Positions 45,250 through 56,591 of a DNA stretch of 64,000 nucleotides are shown here, piece after piece. Origin of the DNA: Pachysolen tannophilus NRRL Y-2460 (Eukaryota); the NCBI GenBank assembly GCA_001661245.1, contig KV454017.1, positions 62,001-126,000 of the forward strand, given 5' to 3'. A program made the position numbers and the translations under genes. The first letter of the stretch is position 1, and each line of letters opens with the position of its first letter. The notes beneath the pieces are model-generated. The model was given only the letters and a program-made list of their open reading frames with translations, had not been told where the DNA came from and searched no databases.

Positions 45250-46595
45250 CTAACTGTACACTTTATTCAAAAATTCTAGCATTGGCAGTCCAACTTTATC
45301 ATGAACATCATCAGCCCATAAGACATCTAAATGGGCATAGTTATCAAGATGTACGGCTTCGAATTTTTTGTATTTGGGTTCATAAATGTTTAAATGTTCC
45401 ATCAATTTTTGTCCATCCACAAGCTTATCGAGTTCTGCAATAACTAGTAACATTGGCGGGGTATTCTCATTAAACCAGTTAACCTCGTGATTGAAAATTG
45501 ATTTGGAATCTACAAATCCATCGCTACTTAGCCACCATTTCATCAATTGTGAACTAACATATACTGGGGAAAATAGAAAATGTATGCTTCTGAGACTAGG
45601 ATCCCATAACAGATCACTCCAACCAAATAAATAACTAAACATTGCATAACTTAAAAACCCAAAAATTCTTCGTTTATATATCAAATTTCTAAAATCCATC
45701 ATAATGGGCATAAACGAATTGATACCGAAAAATAGCTTATAGCAGGTAGGTGTTAACTTATTAATGAACTTGATGAAAAATTTTTCATTTAATAAGCGAC
45801 CACCGTACACAGCAGGAGCTAAAGCAATAAAACTTTCCACTTTATCTTCGAAATGTCTACTATGTTTTGGAGAGAGTGCAATAAATGCTTGTGTACTACC
45901 CTGTGAATGACAACATAATGAAACTTTAGAATAATGAACATTAATCTTTAGAATGTTATCAATCATGCAGGGTAAGTCCTTTGTTGCCATATCCACAAGA
46001 TCCCAAGACCACATTGCGGGATCATTTGGTGATAAAAATCTATGTTCCGGGTTGAATCCACATCTATTATTCCCTAACCATACATCATATCCTTTTTCAA
46101 ATAATAAGAAGCTAAGACTTTTAACTCCACTAGTTACAAATGAACCTGATGATTGTAATAATCCATGCAAAAGTAAGATTGGTGGTTTTTGGACAGTATC
46201 ATTTTCCTTTGGATCAACTAAGCGTTGTAGTATAATATAAAACCCATCTTCAGTTAAAAGCTTATATTGTTGTAATTCCAATCCCAAGAGATTGACATAG
46301 TACCTTAAGTCTTTAACTAACTTTATTTTATTTATGCTCGTATGTGGATATGCTTCTTGATGATTTTTTAAAGGTTCAATTCTAGTTCCTGACTGTTTCA
46401 ATTTTGGAAATAATTGATGAAAGATAGCCATTATAAACAATACAGTTAAAAAAAAAAAGTACAAATTCCTGAAGTCATCTTATAAAAATAACTTTTCATC
46501 ATTGGTGCCTTTTCATGTTTTTTTGATTGTATATTAGACACAAATGAATCAATAGTATGTATACTATTATTATCAATATGATCTGTACTTCTCAT
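45250..46595 (-). CDS. YEH2: Steryl ester hydrolase (Yeh1/Yeh2 family); N-terminus interrupted by a 1-nt frame break at the T11 run (46448-46458)
   Basis: LLTEDGF, PILLLHGLLQSSGSF, GYDVWLGNNR, HSQGS, YAHLDVLWA; syntenic with IRC25-SDO1-IZH3. Start uncertain (46595 or 46431). Confidence 0.82.
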
Positions 46596-46894
46596 GATTC
46601 AATTGAATTAATTCTAAACAAAAAAGCAGTTCAATTATCGTCCACGGCTACTCATTTGATAAATGATTCAATAAAACTTTCAACTTCTTTTGAAACCTCT
46701 GTTCATTCAATAAATAAATAAATATATTTATATATATATAAATTACATATATATATATATATATTTATTTATTTATTTAATACACACGTAAACAAATTTT
46801 TTTTAAATAATTTTTATTTTTCAATATATAAAAAATAAGGAAAGAATTAACATTTTTACAAATTAAAATAGCAGAATAAGAGAGAGTAGATGAA

Positions 46895-47317
46895 ATGGAA
46901 GTATCAGAAGGTTTTAATGCTAAAAGCTTAATGAAAAGTTATGATAGTGAAAGAGAATTTTTGTTTCAGGTGATATATTTTACCAATAAGACAATACTAC
47001 AAATACATTTGAATGGTGAAATTGATTACACAATAGATTTACAGCTTCCCAAATTGGCAAATACTCTGGTATATGAAGATCAACAGATTGAATCAATGAT
47101 AGGGACGAATTATATAATTGGGAATAATGATAATTATAAAATTTTGATAATGTCTACACAAATTGGGAAATTATTTGTCAAGTTAGGTAAAATTGAAGTT
47201 GATTTGGTTATAAGTACAAGTTCTAAAATTTTTGGTAATAAGATTAATTCAGAGATTGGAGATGATGATTTTAATTTAATGATGTTTATATTAGAAGCTA
47301 TAAAAAAATTGTTATAA
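46895..47317 (+). CDS. IRC25: Probable proteasome assembly chaperone Irc25/Poc3 (PAC3-like)
   Basis: 140 aa; FTNKTILQIHLNGEID..IG...KILIMSTQIGKL..LVISTSSKIFG; position between YEH2 and SDO1 matches S. cerevisiae YLR020C-YLR021W-YLR022C. Confidence 0.7.
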   Translation: MEVSEGFNAKSLMKSYDSEREFLFQVIYFTNKTILQIHLNGEIDYTIDLQLPKLANTLVYEDQQIESMIGTNYIIGNNDNYKILIMSTQIGKLFVKLGKIEVDLVISTSSKIFGNKINSEIGDDDFNLMMFILEAIKKLL

Positions 47318-48130
47318 ATTTTTATCACCTTCTTCAATTACGGCCATATCAAGTACTTCTATATGAGAGTTTTTATTATTTTTTAATAATTCAACAATCT
47401 CTCTATAAAATACTGGATCAATAAATGAAATACATTCATAATTATTCCCATTATAATCTTCATCATCTATTTCTGTTAATAAAAGTTTAAGTTTATCGTT
47501 TAATTTTTTTTGATCTTTTGAATCCATAGTTAATTTAATTTTCATCTTTGCTCTAGCAATTGGTATAATTTGTCTTTCAGTTAAAATTTTAATTGCATCT
47601 AATGCTTGAATTTTTGCAGTTTTAGTTGGAACAATATTAAATTTTAATTCATTTAAAGCTTTTGAAATCATTGTTGGAGGATACCTTTTTTTCGTCTTTG
47701 GATTTACACATTTTGTACTAATCAATTGTAAAATTTCATTATGTACTTGTTGAGTATTTGCTTGTCTTTCCTTTTCACTTAATTGAATTTCACCTTTAGA
47801 AAGAATTTCCATAACAATTTTATTTGTATCAGTTGTACCAAAAGCTTTTTCTAAATCATCATTAGGAGCAACAGAACCTTTAGATACATTAAGAAAAACT
47901 TGAGGTATTTGCAATACTTCATCCAAATCTTTTTCTCTAATAAAAATGTTAATATTACCATATAAATAATATCAAATAAAATGCAAAAAATGAAAAACTT
48001 ACACATTAGACCTCCAATCTTGGACTTTATTCTGATAACAGGCAATTTCAAACCTCTTTTTACCTCTTTTCATCCTAACAACAGAAACATTGGTCAACTT
48101 GATTTGATTCGAAGGCTGATTGATTGGCAT
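47312..48130 (-). CDS. SDO1: Ribosome maturation factor Sdo1 (SBDS); exons 48130-48003 and 47936-47312
   Basis: [63 protein letters not shown]; 66-nt intron GTAAGT..TATTAAC..TAG gives a 250-aa protein. Confidence 0.95.
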
Positions 48131-48393
48131 TTTCTGAATTTATTGATACAACCAGAATAACATCAGGTAAACTAATTCACTAACTAACTAACTTTTAAGA
48201 CTTTTCTTTATTTTCTTTTCACCTTCTTTTACCGCTCTCTTTTTCTCTTTTTCTCTTTTTCTCTTCTCTTCTCTTCTCTCAGCGGAAAAGGAGAAGAAAA
48301 AACCAAAAAATATCTCCAGTTTTTTTGTTTCTGTTCTCCGTTTGGGAGAAGAACACGAAAAAAATTTTTTTTTTAAAAAAATTTTGAAAAAAG

Positions 48394-48424
<31 letters not shown>

Positions 48425-49054
48425 CGAAATTTCCTCTCCAGCCTGAAACCTTCTCCATTTTCAGGGATCTTGCCTATCTAGTTTCCTACATGGAAGAGAC
48501 ACATGCACCTCAATCACCCTATTTCTTAGTGTAGTCTTGAAATTACGCTTAAAAAATATTCAGAATCAGAATATATTATAAAAAAAAAGAAAAAAAAAAC
48601 GTTTCTTCCGGAACGGAGAAAAGACGTTGTGGTATGTCAAATATTAACTCGGAAATTTTAAGTGGTTCATATCGAAAGAGTATGAACATGAGCATAGAAT
48701 GGGAATGGAACATAATGTTTTATTATTATTATTATTATTATTATATTATTATTATTAAATTAATTAATTAACCATTCTTTCTTTTATAAATTATAATATA
48801 TTATAATTTTTTTTTTTCAAAAAAAAAAAAAAAACAAAAATTTAAAAGGTATTGAATTACCTAATATAAGATAAATTTATAAACTATTATTCTTCTAATT
48901 GTTGTTGTTGTTGTTTTCAATTTGAAGTTAAAGAAACTAGCTTTCCACTCATTTTTTTTTTTATTTTTCTTATTTTTTTTTTCAAGAGTACAATCTTTTC
49001 ATAAAACACGTTAAACACGTTATATTCATTTAAAAGGTTAAAAGGGGAAAGAAA

Positions 49055-50581
49055 ATGTCTGCTGCATATTCATCTGGCCGTTATCATCATCAAAATAGTA
49101 CGAGTACAGTGACTATAAATAATGGATTAGACGGTGATATTCAATTGTTTGAAAGAATTAGGAAATCTGTCAGTCCGACACCTTCCGAGATATCATCATC
49201 GGCAGAGTCATTAGAAATGGATCTGATGTTGAGTGATAAATTAAATGAGTTTATTTCTTCTACTTTGAAAAAATTCTTTAGTGTTGGTGATAATTTAAAT
49301 ATTGATCTTACAAAATATGATAGTATTTATATGTCTCTTGATAAATTGAAATCATCAAATGAGGATAAAAAAATTGAAATATTGAGTAAAATTTTAGATG
49401 ATCATTATTCTGAAATTTTTGGTAAAAGTGTTTATTGTTCTTCTCTTAATGAAAAATTATTATTAGGTTTGAATTTTTTGGAAGCAAAAATTCAAATAAT
49501 GTTACAACATAATAATTTTGCTGAAATTAGAACTACAGAATCAGATAAACGTGAAATTGTTAGTAAGGCATTCCAAAATTTAAATATTCAATTCCATAAT
49601 TATGAAAAACTGATTGAATATGGAGAAAATGGATTATTACATTATTGGGAATTACCATTTCCTTGGAGAGAAAATAAATTTATTGTTTTTGGTTATAGAT
49701 TTAACAATAAATTTTCAGATTGTGTTAGATCAATTTTTGCTATACATAATGAAACAGGTAATATTTGGACACATATAATTGGATTAATTATTATAATGTA
49801 TTTGGCATTTATTCATTTCCCATCAACAAATGTTTTCCATTCTTTTGATATGACAGAAATTATAATCATATATTGTTTTTTGATTTCTTCAATCAAATGT
49901 TTAACTTCATCAGTTTGTTGGCATACTTTTAATTCAACTTCAGTGTTACCTGTTAGATCTAGATTTGCCTGTGTTGACTATGCCGGCATTACAGTTTTAA
50001 TTACGGCTTCTATTATCACCACAGAACATTGTGCATTATACTATTATCCAAAACCAAGACATCTTATCATGTTGGTATCATTAATTGCAGGAATATCTGG
50101 TTTTGGATTCATATGGTCTCCTACATTCGATACTCCAAGGGCAAGACCCTTTCGCATTTTTTTCTTTGTATCGTTAGCAACAATGGGTCTGGCATCTTTT
50201 ATAATTTTATCATTCTTTAAAGGTTTTACAAATACTTTTATTTACTACTCACCTTTAGTGAAAAGTTTGGCTTCATACATTATAGGTGTCATCTTTTATG
50301 GCTTATTAATCCCAGAAAGATTCAGAAAAGACGTTATTGTTGATGATTTTGATATATGTGATGAAATTTTAAATGAGTTAAATACAAAAGATGATTTAGA
50401 AAATCATTTTAAAGTACCAGATAAGATTGAAAATCATGATAAATTCTCCTCTCTTTATTGGGTTGATTATGCTTTTTCCTCGCATAATATCTGGCATACA
50501 TTTGTGGTTGGTGGTATAGTGGGCCACTATTTTGCCATTTTGGAAATGTTTAACAATATTAATGTCAATAAACCAATATAA
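49055..50581 (+). CDS. IZH3: PAQR-family membrane protein, Izh3-like
   Basis: LPFPWRENKFIVFGYRF, HNETGNIWTH, SVCWHTF, DYAGITVLI, PERFR, SSHNIWH. Confidence 0.88.
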   Translation: MSAAYSSGRYHHQNSTSTVTINNGLDGDIQLFERIRKSVSPTPSEISSSAESLEMDLMLSDKLNEFISSTLKKFFSVGDNLNIDLTKYDSIYMSLDKLKSSNEDKKIEILSKILDDHYSEIFGKSVYCSSLNEKLLLGLNFLEAKIQIMLQHNNFAEIRTTESDKREIVSKAFQNLNIQFHNYEKLIEYGENGLLHYWELPFPWRENKFIVFGYRFNNKFSDCVRSIFAIHNETGNIWTHIIGLIIIMYLAFIHFPSTNVFHSFDMTEIIIIYCFLISSIKCLTSSVCWHTFNSTSVLPVRSRFACVDYAGITVLITASIITTEHCALYYYPKPRHLIMLVSLIAGISGFGFIWSPTFDTPRARPFRIFFFVSLATMGLASFIILSFFKGFTNTFIYYSPLVKSLASYIIGVIFYGLLIPERFRKDVIVDDFDICDEILNELNTKDDLENHFKVPDKIENHDKFSSLYWVDYAFSSHNIWHTFVVGGIVGHYFAILEMFNNINVNKPI

Positions 50582-51308
50582 GAGTTACTTTAAACAAAAG
50601 TGTCTTTTATTTTTTTTTTAAATTTTTTCATATATTTTATTTTCAAAGTCTTTAAATCTTTGATATGGGTGGTGTTTGGTTTGAACTGTAAATTTTCTTT
50701 TTTTTTTTTTCTTTTTGTATATTGGGATTCCTTTAGAATTTAAAAGTTTGATTTTGATTTTGATTTTGATTTTTGTTGATTTATATATATTACATTTATT
50801 TTACTAGTGGTCAGAAAGATGTTAGTCCTTCTGTTTTTCAGAAGAGTATTTTTTTTTTTTTTTTATTTTATTTATTTATACAATATCTTTTGATACAAAA
50901 GTACAATTAAGAGATTTTACTTATTCCTTCGTTCTTCTATTTCAAATGAATATAAATTCCTCTAGTTGTGTCATCCATTACCTTCTTTAAAATGAAAAAA
51001 CCAGCCATTTTGGAGGTAGTGCGCATCTTTAATAAAGGTGGTGTACAAATTGTTGAGATCTTAAAGCATTTCTGCTAAAATTTTGTATCTTTAATTTATA
51101 TCACTGGTATAGCTAGCCAAACTAGTAGTAATAGTAGTAGAAGAAGAAGAAGAAGAAGAAGAAGAAGAAGAAGAAGAGGAAGAAAAAGAAAAGGAAAAGG
51201 AAAAGGAAAAGGATTCAGATTTTTTTCAAAACTGATTGTTTTCCTACTAGTAAAGAACTTTAGTGTTTCGAATCACTCACTTTAGTATTTAATAAATCAC
51301 AAGGCGAA

Positions 51309-54300
51309 ATGGTTAATTATCCATGGGCAAAATTGTCCTTGGATTATCCAATTTATGGATCTAAGTTTTTAAATGATGATACTCTTTTAGTGACAGGTGG
51401 AGGTGGTGAAGCTGATAATAGTGTTCCGAACAAATTGACTGCTGTTACTATTGATTTCACAAGGCGTAAAATTATAAAGAGATTTAGAGAATTATCACTT
51501 GCAGAAGATGAAGATGCGCCAACATGTATTGATACAAATGGTAGCGTTATACTTCTTTCCTGTAATCAAAATTCATTTGCCATTAAAAATGGTCAAAATC
51601 AACATTTGAGGAAATATGGTTATATAAAAGAACATCTTCGATTTTTACAATCGCTGCAAATTAGTGAAAGTATAAATCCTTTAGAATATATTAAAAGTTG
51701 TTGTGTTTCACCTGATGGTTCAATTGGATGTTTAAGTACGTCTACTGATGAGGCAGACATATTTGTCGTTGATACTAGTAACTTGGAGGTTAAATTTCAC
51801 ATAAATACAAAGACAACTGTAAAAGATTTATGTGTTTCACCAGATGGTAAAATAATTAGTTATGCAACTCCATCTTCAATTGAATTTATATCAACAGTAA
51901 CTGGAAATTTAATTCTGAGCAAAAATTTACAAGATTATTTAGTGAGTAAGATAAAATTTAATAATGATAATACAATCATTATTGTCGCTACACAAAAAAA
52001 GGTAAGTGGTATTTTCCTTTTAGAATTTTCCATTTCCAAAAATTCATTGACAAGAAACAAGTTAATCAATAATAAAATTAAAAGTATAACTGCAATGTCA
52101 TACCATAATGGATTAATTGCCTTATCAGGGAATGATGCTTCAATATTGTTGATAAAAGAATCGAATTTCAAAGTTTTGAAAATTTTCCCAAAAGTTCATG
52201 GATTTGCCATCACTTCAATTCAAATTTCTCCAAATAACCAATATTTATCGTCAACTTCCGCTGATAACACAATCAATGTTTTTAAGTTGCCTCCAAACCT
52301 TGCAAACCATACTCCATTTATCGTTTTATTATTCAAAAGGTTAATGGGATTGATTGCTATTATCTTACTAGCGATTTTCCTTCAATTTTTAATTAAGCAT
52401 GATGCTTTTACAAAAGTATACTCTTACTGTAGTAAGCACTATTCTTTAGATTCATCATCTTATTTCACAATTCAGCCAGTAAAAGAGTCTGAGGTTTTTA
52501 ACAGTGGTACTCCATTAACAACAACTTACATACCACAGTCACACGAAGAAGCAACAACTTTAATACAATCAATTGTAAAACCAACAGAGATTTTATCAGA
52601 GGTAATGTCCTCAACATTAACAACAGAGAGAGAAATTTCAAAAATTTTACAAGAAGAGTCATTGGAAAAAACTGAGTTTTCCACTCCCACTATTGTATCT
52701 CCTAAAGCTTCTACAACTTCTATCGTTGAAAAGAGTACAGAAGATAACGAAAACGCCAGCTCTATTGCTTCTCATATTCAAATTGAAACCAGTTTAAGCT
52801 CACTTGTAGAACCATCAACAACTTCAGCGGGTGTACAACAGCAAGATGAGAAACCAGAAATGTTAAATGAAAGAGATGTAAATAGCCACAGTTCGGTAAC
52901 GCAATCAGTTGAAACAACACATACTATTAAAAACTCAGTCCAGAGTACATCTGAAGTTTCGACTGAAGCTGTCACAACGACTTTTTCATTGAATATATCT
53001 GAGGAGATTCCGGAAGCAATCAACAACGGCGATAATAAAACGAGAATAGATGAGGAAAATTTGAAAACTCATCAACTTCAACAAATACTGGAAGACGTAA
53101 TTATTGAAGATTTCAACGCCACTAAGACTGCAATATCTTCATCACTGGATTCAACCACAGAATCTCAAACGCTTTTCACATCGTCTAAACTAGAAACATC
53201 GTCGAATGTCATGGATTTACCAACTACCCTAAGCTCTCTAGATTCTCCAGCAAAGCTGTCTCTTGAAGGTAAAATTTTGGAAATTGTTTCTTCTGCTTCA
53301 ACTTCGGGCATCCCACTGAAATCGGAAGCGGTCAAGAAATCCGAAATTTCAGAAGCTTCAGATTTTCTGCTTAGTCAAAAGACAACATTGACCGCTACTT
53401 CAAAGGAAGTCACAAAAACTGATACATTGGGACCAGATGATCTGTCAAAAGCAGCTTTAACAGAGAGAAGTTCACTGCCTGCTTTCACTATTTCTTCAGG
53501 GCCTACTTCGACAGCTGTTTTTGCAACTTCAAGTTCAACATTCTTTTCTGTTGTTAAAGATTCTATTTCGGAGACATCAGAAGCTGTGGAAACCACAGAA
53601 CTAAAAGAATCGTCATTAGCTGATACTGCTACTGCAACCTTGCCAATTTCTGTATTTTCGTTCGAGAAAATGAACAATTTGGAAGAATTGACATCTTTGG
53701 AAGTGCCAGTTGAGAGATCTTCTTCAACAGTTTCAACACCAGAAGTATCTAAAAGTATCGTTTCTGTAATAACTTCAAAAACATTAAATACTCCAGATTC
53801 TCCAATTGTCCAAAGTTCATCAATTCTCCTGAGCAGTGATTCTCAAGAAAGTTCTATCTTATCAACGCAGACGTCATCCTCATCCAGTGCAATTTCGTCC
53901 GTTACAAAAGAAATTTTGTTATCAACCTCAGAGGCCAATTTAGAAGCATCAGAAATAAGCCAAAGTTCACATCCAATAACTGCAACTCAACCAGAGTCAA
54001 CAGTTAGTGTCGATTCACATCCTGAATCGGTAGTCTCTAACACTTTTGTGGATGCACTGAAAGTTTCCTATTCTAAGGAAACGGGAATTCCAGAAACCAA
54101 TGGAGTTTCTTCAGTTTCAACTGATGGTGAGACATCATCTGCTGGAGTTGTTCCAGAAGCTACACAATCCTCAATAAATGAGCCTTCGGTTATATCAACA
54201 GCTTCACCTTCTGAAGTTGTAAGTGAAACTTCAGGGGATAAACAAGAAATTGTTTCTAAGACTGTATATGATGGTTCTGAGACTCAAAAGGATCTGAGTA

Positions 54301-54353
54301 GTGTTTCTTCAGTGAGTCAAAGTTCAACAACATATCTCAAAGATGAACTTTAG
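51309..54353 (+). CDS. SEC12: Sec12/Sed4 Sar1 GEF: WD40 propeller, one TM, long Ser/Thr-rich luminal tail ending KDEL
   Basis: YPIYGSKFLNDDTLLVTGGGGE..VPNKLT, NQHLRKY, VHGFAITS; adjacent to RAD18 as SED4 is in S. cerevisiae. Confidence 0.88.
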   Translation: MVNYPWAKLSLDYPIYGSKFLNDDTLLVTGGGGEADNSVPNKLTAVTIDFTRRKIIKRFRELSLAEDEDAPTCIDTNGSVILLSCNQNSFAIKNGQNQHLRKYGYIKEHLRFLQSLQISESINPLEYIKSCCVSPDGSIGCLSTSTDEADIFVVDTSNLEVKFHINTKTTVKDLCVSPDGKIISYATPSSIEFISTVTGNLILSKNLQDYLVSKIKFNNDNTIIIVATQKKVSGIFLLEFSISKNSLTRNKLINNKIKSITAMSYHNGLIALSGNDASILLIKESNFKVLKIFPKVHGFAITSIQISPNNQYLSSTSADNTINVFKLPPNLANHTPFIVLLFKRLMGLIAIILLAIFLQFLIKHDAFTKVYSYCSKHYSLDSSSYFTIQPVKESEVFNSGTPLTTTYIPQSHEEATTLIQSIVKPTEILSEVMSSTLTTEREISKILQEESLEKTEFSTPTIVSPKASTTSIVEKSTEDNENASSIASHIQIETSLSSLVEPSTTSAGVQQQDEKPEMLNERDVNSHSSVTQSVETTHTIKNSVQSTSEVSTEAVTTTFSLNISEEIPEAINNGDNKTRIDEENLKTHQLQQILEDVIIEDFNATKTAISSSLDSTTESQTLFTSSKLETSSNVMDLPTTLSSLDSPAKLSLEGKILEIVSSASTSGIPLKSEAVKKSEISEASDFLLSQKTTLTATSKEVTKTDTLGPDDLSKAALTERSSLPAFTISSGPTSTAVFATSSSTFFSVVKDSISETSEAVETTELKESSLADTATATLPISVFSFEKMNNLEELTSLEVPVERSSSTVSTPEVSKSIVSVITSKTLNTPDSPIVQSSSILLSSDSQESSILSTQTSSSSSAISSVTKEILLSTSEANLEASEISQSSHPITATQPESTVSVDSHPESVVSNTFVDALKVSYSKETGIPETNGVSSVSTDGETSSAGVVPEATQSSINEPSVISTASPSEVVSETSGDKQEIVSKTVYDGSETQKDLSSVSSVSQSSTTYLKDEL

Positions 54354-54612
54354 GGTTGAACGAAAGAGCTAGAATTATTTGATCGATCGCGCATAGCTTA
54401 CGAATTTCTATATTCTTTTGCTGATAAAAAAATGTATATAATTTGTAATAAATAATTTATAATGGTCATTAGTTAATATGTATTTCACACCTTTATATAA
54501 ATAATAATTACACAGCAAAGAACAGAAAAAAAAATAAAATAAAAATAATAGTCAAAATGAATATATATAACATACACCATGATTAACAAATTTCTATAAT
54601 GTAATAATAATA

Positions 54613-56061
54613 CTACTCTTTCCCGTTATCAGTTGGAATTTGATCTTGCGACTCGCCAAAAGGAGTACTGATTTCTGTATTTTCATCTGTTATTTCTTTC
54701 GTGACTGTCCTCTGATTTTTGTTGGTATTTTTTGCTACCTCACCATTTTGATCCAGTTTTTTTATATTCCCAGCTTTTGCCAATTTAGTCAATTTATTGA
54801 AATTGTTATTGTGTTCACTAGACCAGCTTTTCCTGTCAAAAGATTTGTTTCTTTCATTTTCATGATCATTGGTGAAAAGCACTTTATTTTTCATCATATT
54901 GTCATCTAAATTGTTATTTAAAAATTCCCATTGAGTTAAATCTCTTTTCAATATTTTTTCTGAAACTGGATTTAAAGAATCCAAGTTTGAATTAAATAAT
55001 ATGGAATATTGATTATATCTAAGTTCCAATTGTTGCCTTGTCCCCACTGTAGATAATGATAATGTGGATAACTTCTCCTTCAATTTCGAAGTTGATAATG
55101 AATTAAAATCTAATTTCATTAATTTTTTAAGATTTTTAGAATTTTTTTGAATTTGATATTTGTTGTCTCTATCAATTTGCGTATTAGAAGCTGAAGCAGT
55201 ATCCTGATCACTTGATGCATCTGAATTTTTAGAAGACAAGAATGACGATAAAGTTTTTAGTTTCCCAGAAGAAGAAGAAAAAGAAGAAGTAGAAGAAGGA
55301 TCTCCATTTATTGAATACTTTTTTGATGACTTCATTAAATAAGTTTTTGGTATATTCTGTGTTATCTTTCTTGGAGACAGAGACTCTGACAGAGACTCTG
55401 ACAGGGACTGTGGTAACAGTTGTAATTTTGTTACATTCTTTGGATTATCCTTACTTAGGCAAAAATCGATATGTTCACCTTCTAATTTGGTTACTGCCAT
55501 AAATTCGTGACATATAGGACACTCTACTATTGGCTCTCTTTGTCTCAACTGTTCAGTCACTGATGGGGGTTGTGATTTCTTTTGCTTCTTCCTAGATGAG
55601 TACTTTATGCTTTGATTAAAAATTTTTCTTTTTTCTCTATTATTAATATTATTATTGCTATTAGAATCTTCGTCTGAATCCAAGCTTATAACATCAGGTT
55701 CTTTTGAATCTAATTCCACAATATCATCCTTGCTTATATCAGAAGATAGCTCTTCATCTTTGGTTAACATTTTCTGAAGATCTTTCGTATGGTTTTTGAA
55801 AAATTTTATAACTTGATCCAATAGCAAATTCTTTCTTAATCTGCTTTCAATTTGCTCCTCATTACACAATGGACATTTACCATTATACAATATAGCTGAC
55901 CTAATACAAAAAGAACAAAATGAATGTCCACATCCTGTCAAAACTGGGGCATTCATAAACTCCTTACATATATAACATCGTAACATCGAATCCAACTGAT
56001 AGATTTCTGGTAATTTTGTCTGCAACCAATCCGATGGATCAGAAAGTGGTACTTCCTCCAT
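54613..56061 (-). CDS. RAD18: E3 ubiquitin ligase Rad18 (RING, UBZ, SAP)
   Basis: DPSDW..LDSMLRCYICKEFMNAPVLTGCGHSFCSFCIR..CPLC; VECPIC..HIDFC; LKEKLSTLSLSTVGTRQQLELRY..FNSNLDS. Confidence 0.93.
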   Translation of the reverse strand: MEEVPLSDPSDWLQTKLPEIYQLDSMLRCYICKEFMNAPVLTGCGHSFCSFCIRSAILYNGKCPLCNEEQIESRLRKNLLLDQVIKFFKNHTKDLQKMLTKDEELSSDISKDDIVELDSKEPDVISLDSDEDSNSNNNINNREKRKIFNQSIKYSSRKKQKKSQPPSVTEQLRQREPIVECPICHEFMAVTKLEGEHIDFCLSKDNPKNVTKLQLLPQSLSESLSESLSPRKITQNIPKTYLMKSSKKYSINGDPSSTSSFSSSSGKLKTLSSFLSSKNSDASSDQDTASASNTQIDRDNKYQIQKNSKNLKKLMKLDFNSLSTSKLKEKLSTLSLSTVGTRQQLELRYNQYSILFNSNLDSLNPVSEKILKRDLTQWEFLNNNLDDNMMKNKVLFTNDHENERNKSFDRKSWSSEHNNNFNKLTKLAKAGNIKKLDQNGEVAKNTNKNQRTVTKEITDENTEISTPFGESQDQIPTDNGKE

Positions 56062-56310
56062 TCTAACTAACTATTCCTCCAACTCAAACCTGTACCCAAA
56101 CAACCTAAACCTTATTTAAAGTCACAACTCAAAAAAACTAGAGAAGGAAACCACCGATTCTTTTTCTTTTATTTCAACTTTCTACAAACTCTGATCTATT
56201 TGAATCATTCAAAAACAATACACGTTAAAATTGTGATCAAATTCACTTTTGATATTTTTTCTTTGCTTCTAAGCAAAATCTCCCGAAAACTGAGCTCGCC
56301 CGCAACCGAC

Positions 56311-56382
56311 GGTTGTATAGTGTAGTGGTTATCACAGTTGGTTTTGATCCAATTAACCCCGGTTCGAATCCGGGTACGACCT
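56311..56382 (+). tRNA. tRNA-Gln (TTG)
   Basis: GGTTGTATAGTGTAGTGGTTATCACAGTTGGTTTTGATCCAATTAACCCCGGTTCGAATCCGGGTACGACCT; cloverleaf, GGTTCGAATCC B-box, T-run terminator. Confidence 0.96.
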
Positions 56383-56591
56383 ACTTTTTTTTTGTTTTAT
56401 TTTTTTTTATTTTTATTCTCTTCTTGTTTTATATAGAGATGGAATAGGTTCTGTTAGTTACGACGAAAATGATTGGAAATGATGATTTCAAATAAAATTC
56501 TAGATTAGAATGATGTGTTTGTATATATATAAGAGTTAAAAAATGGCAAAAAAAAAAAAAAAAAAAATAAAAAACTTTTCATTTAACGAAG

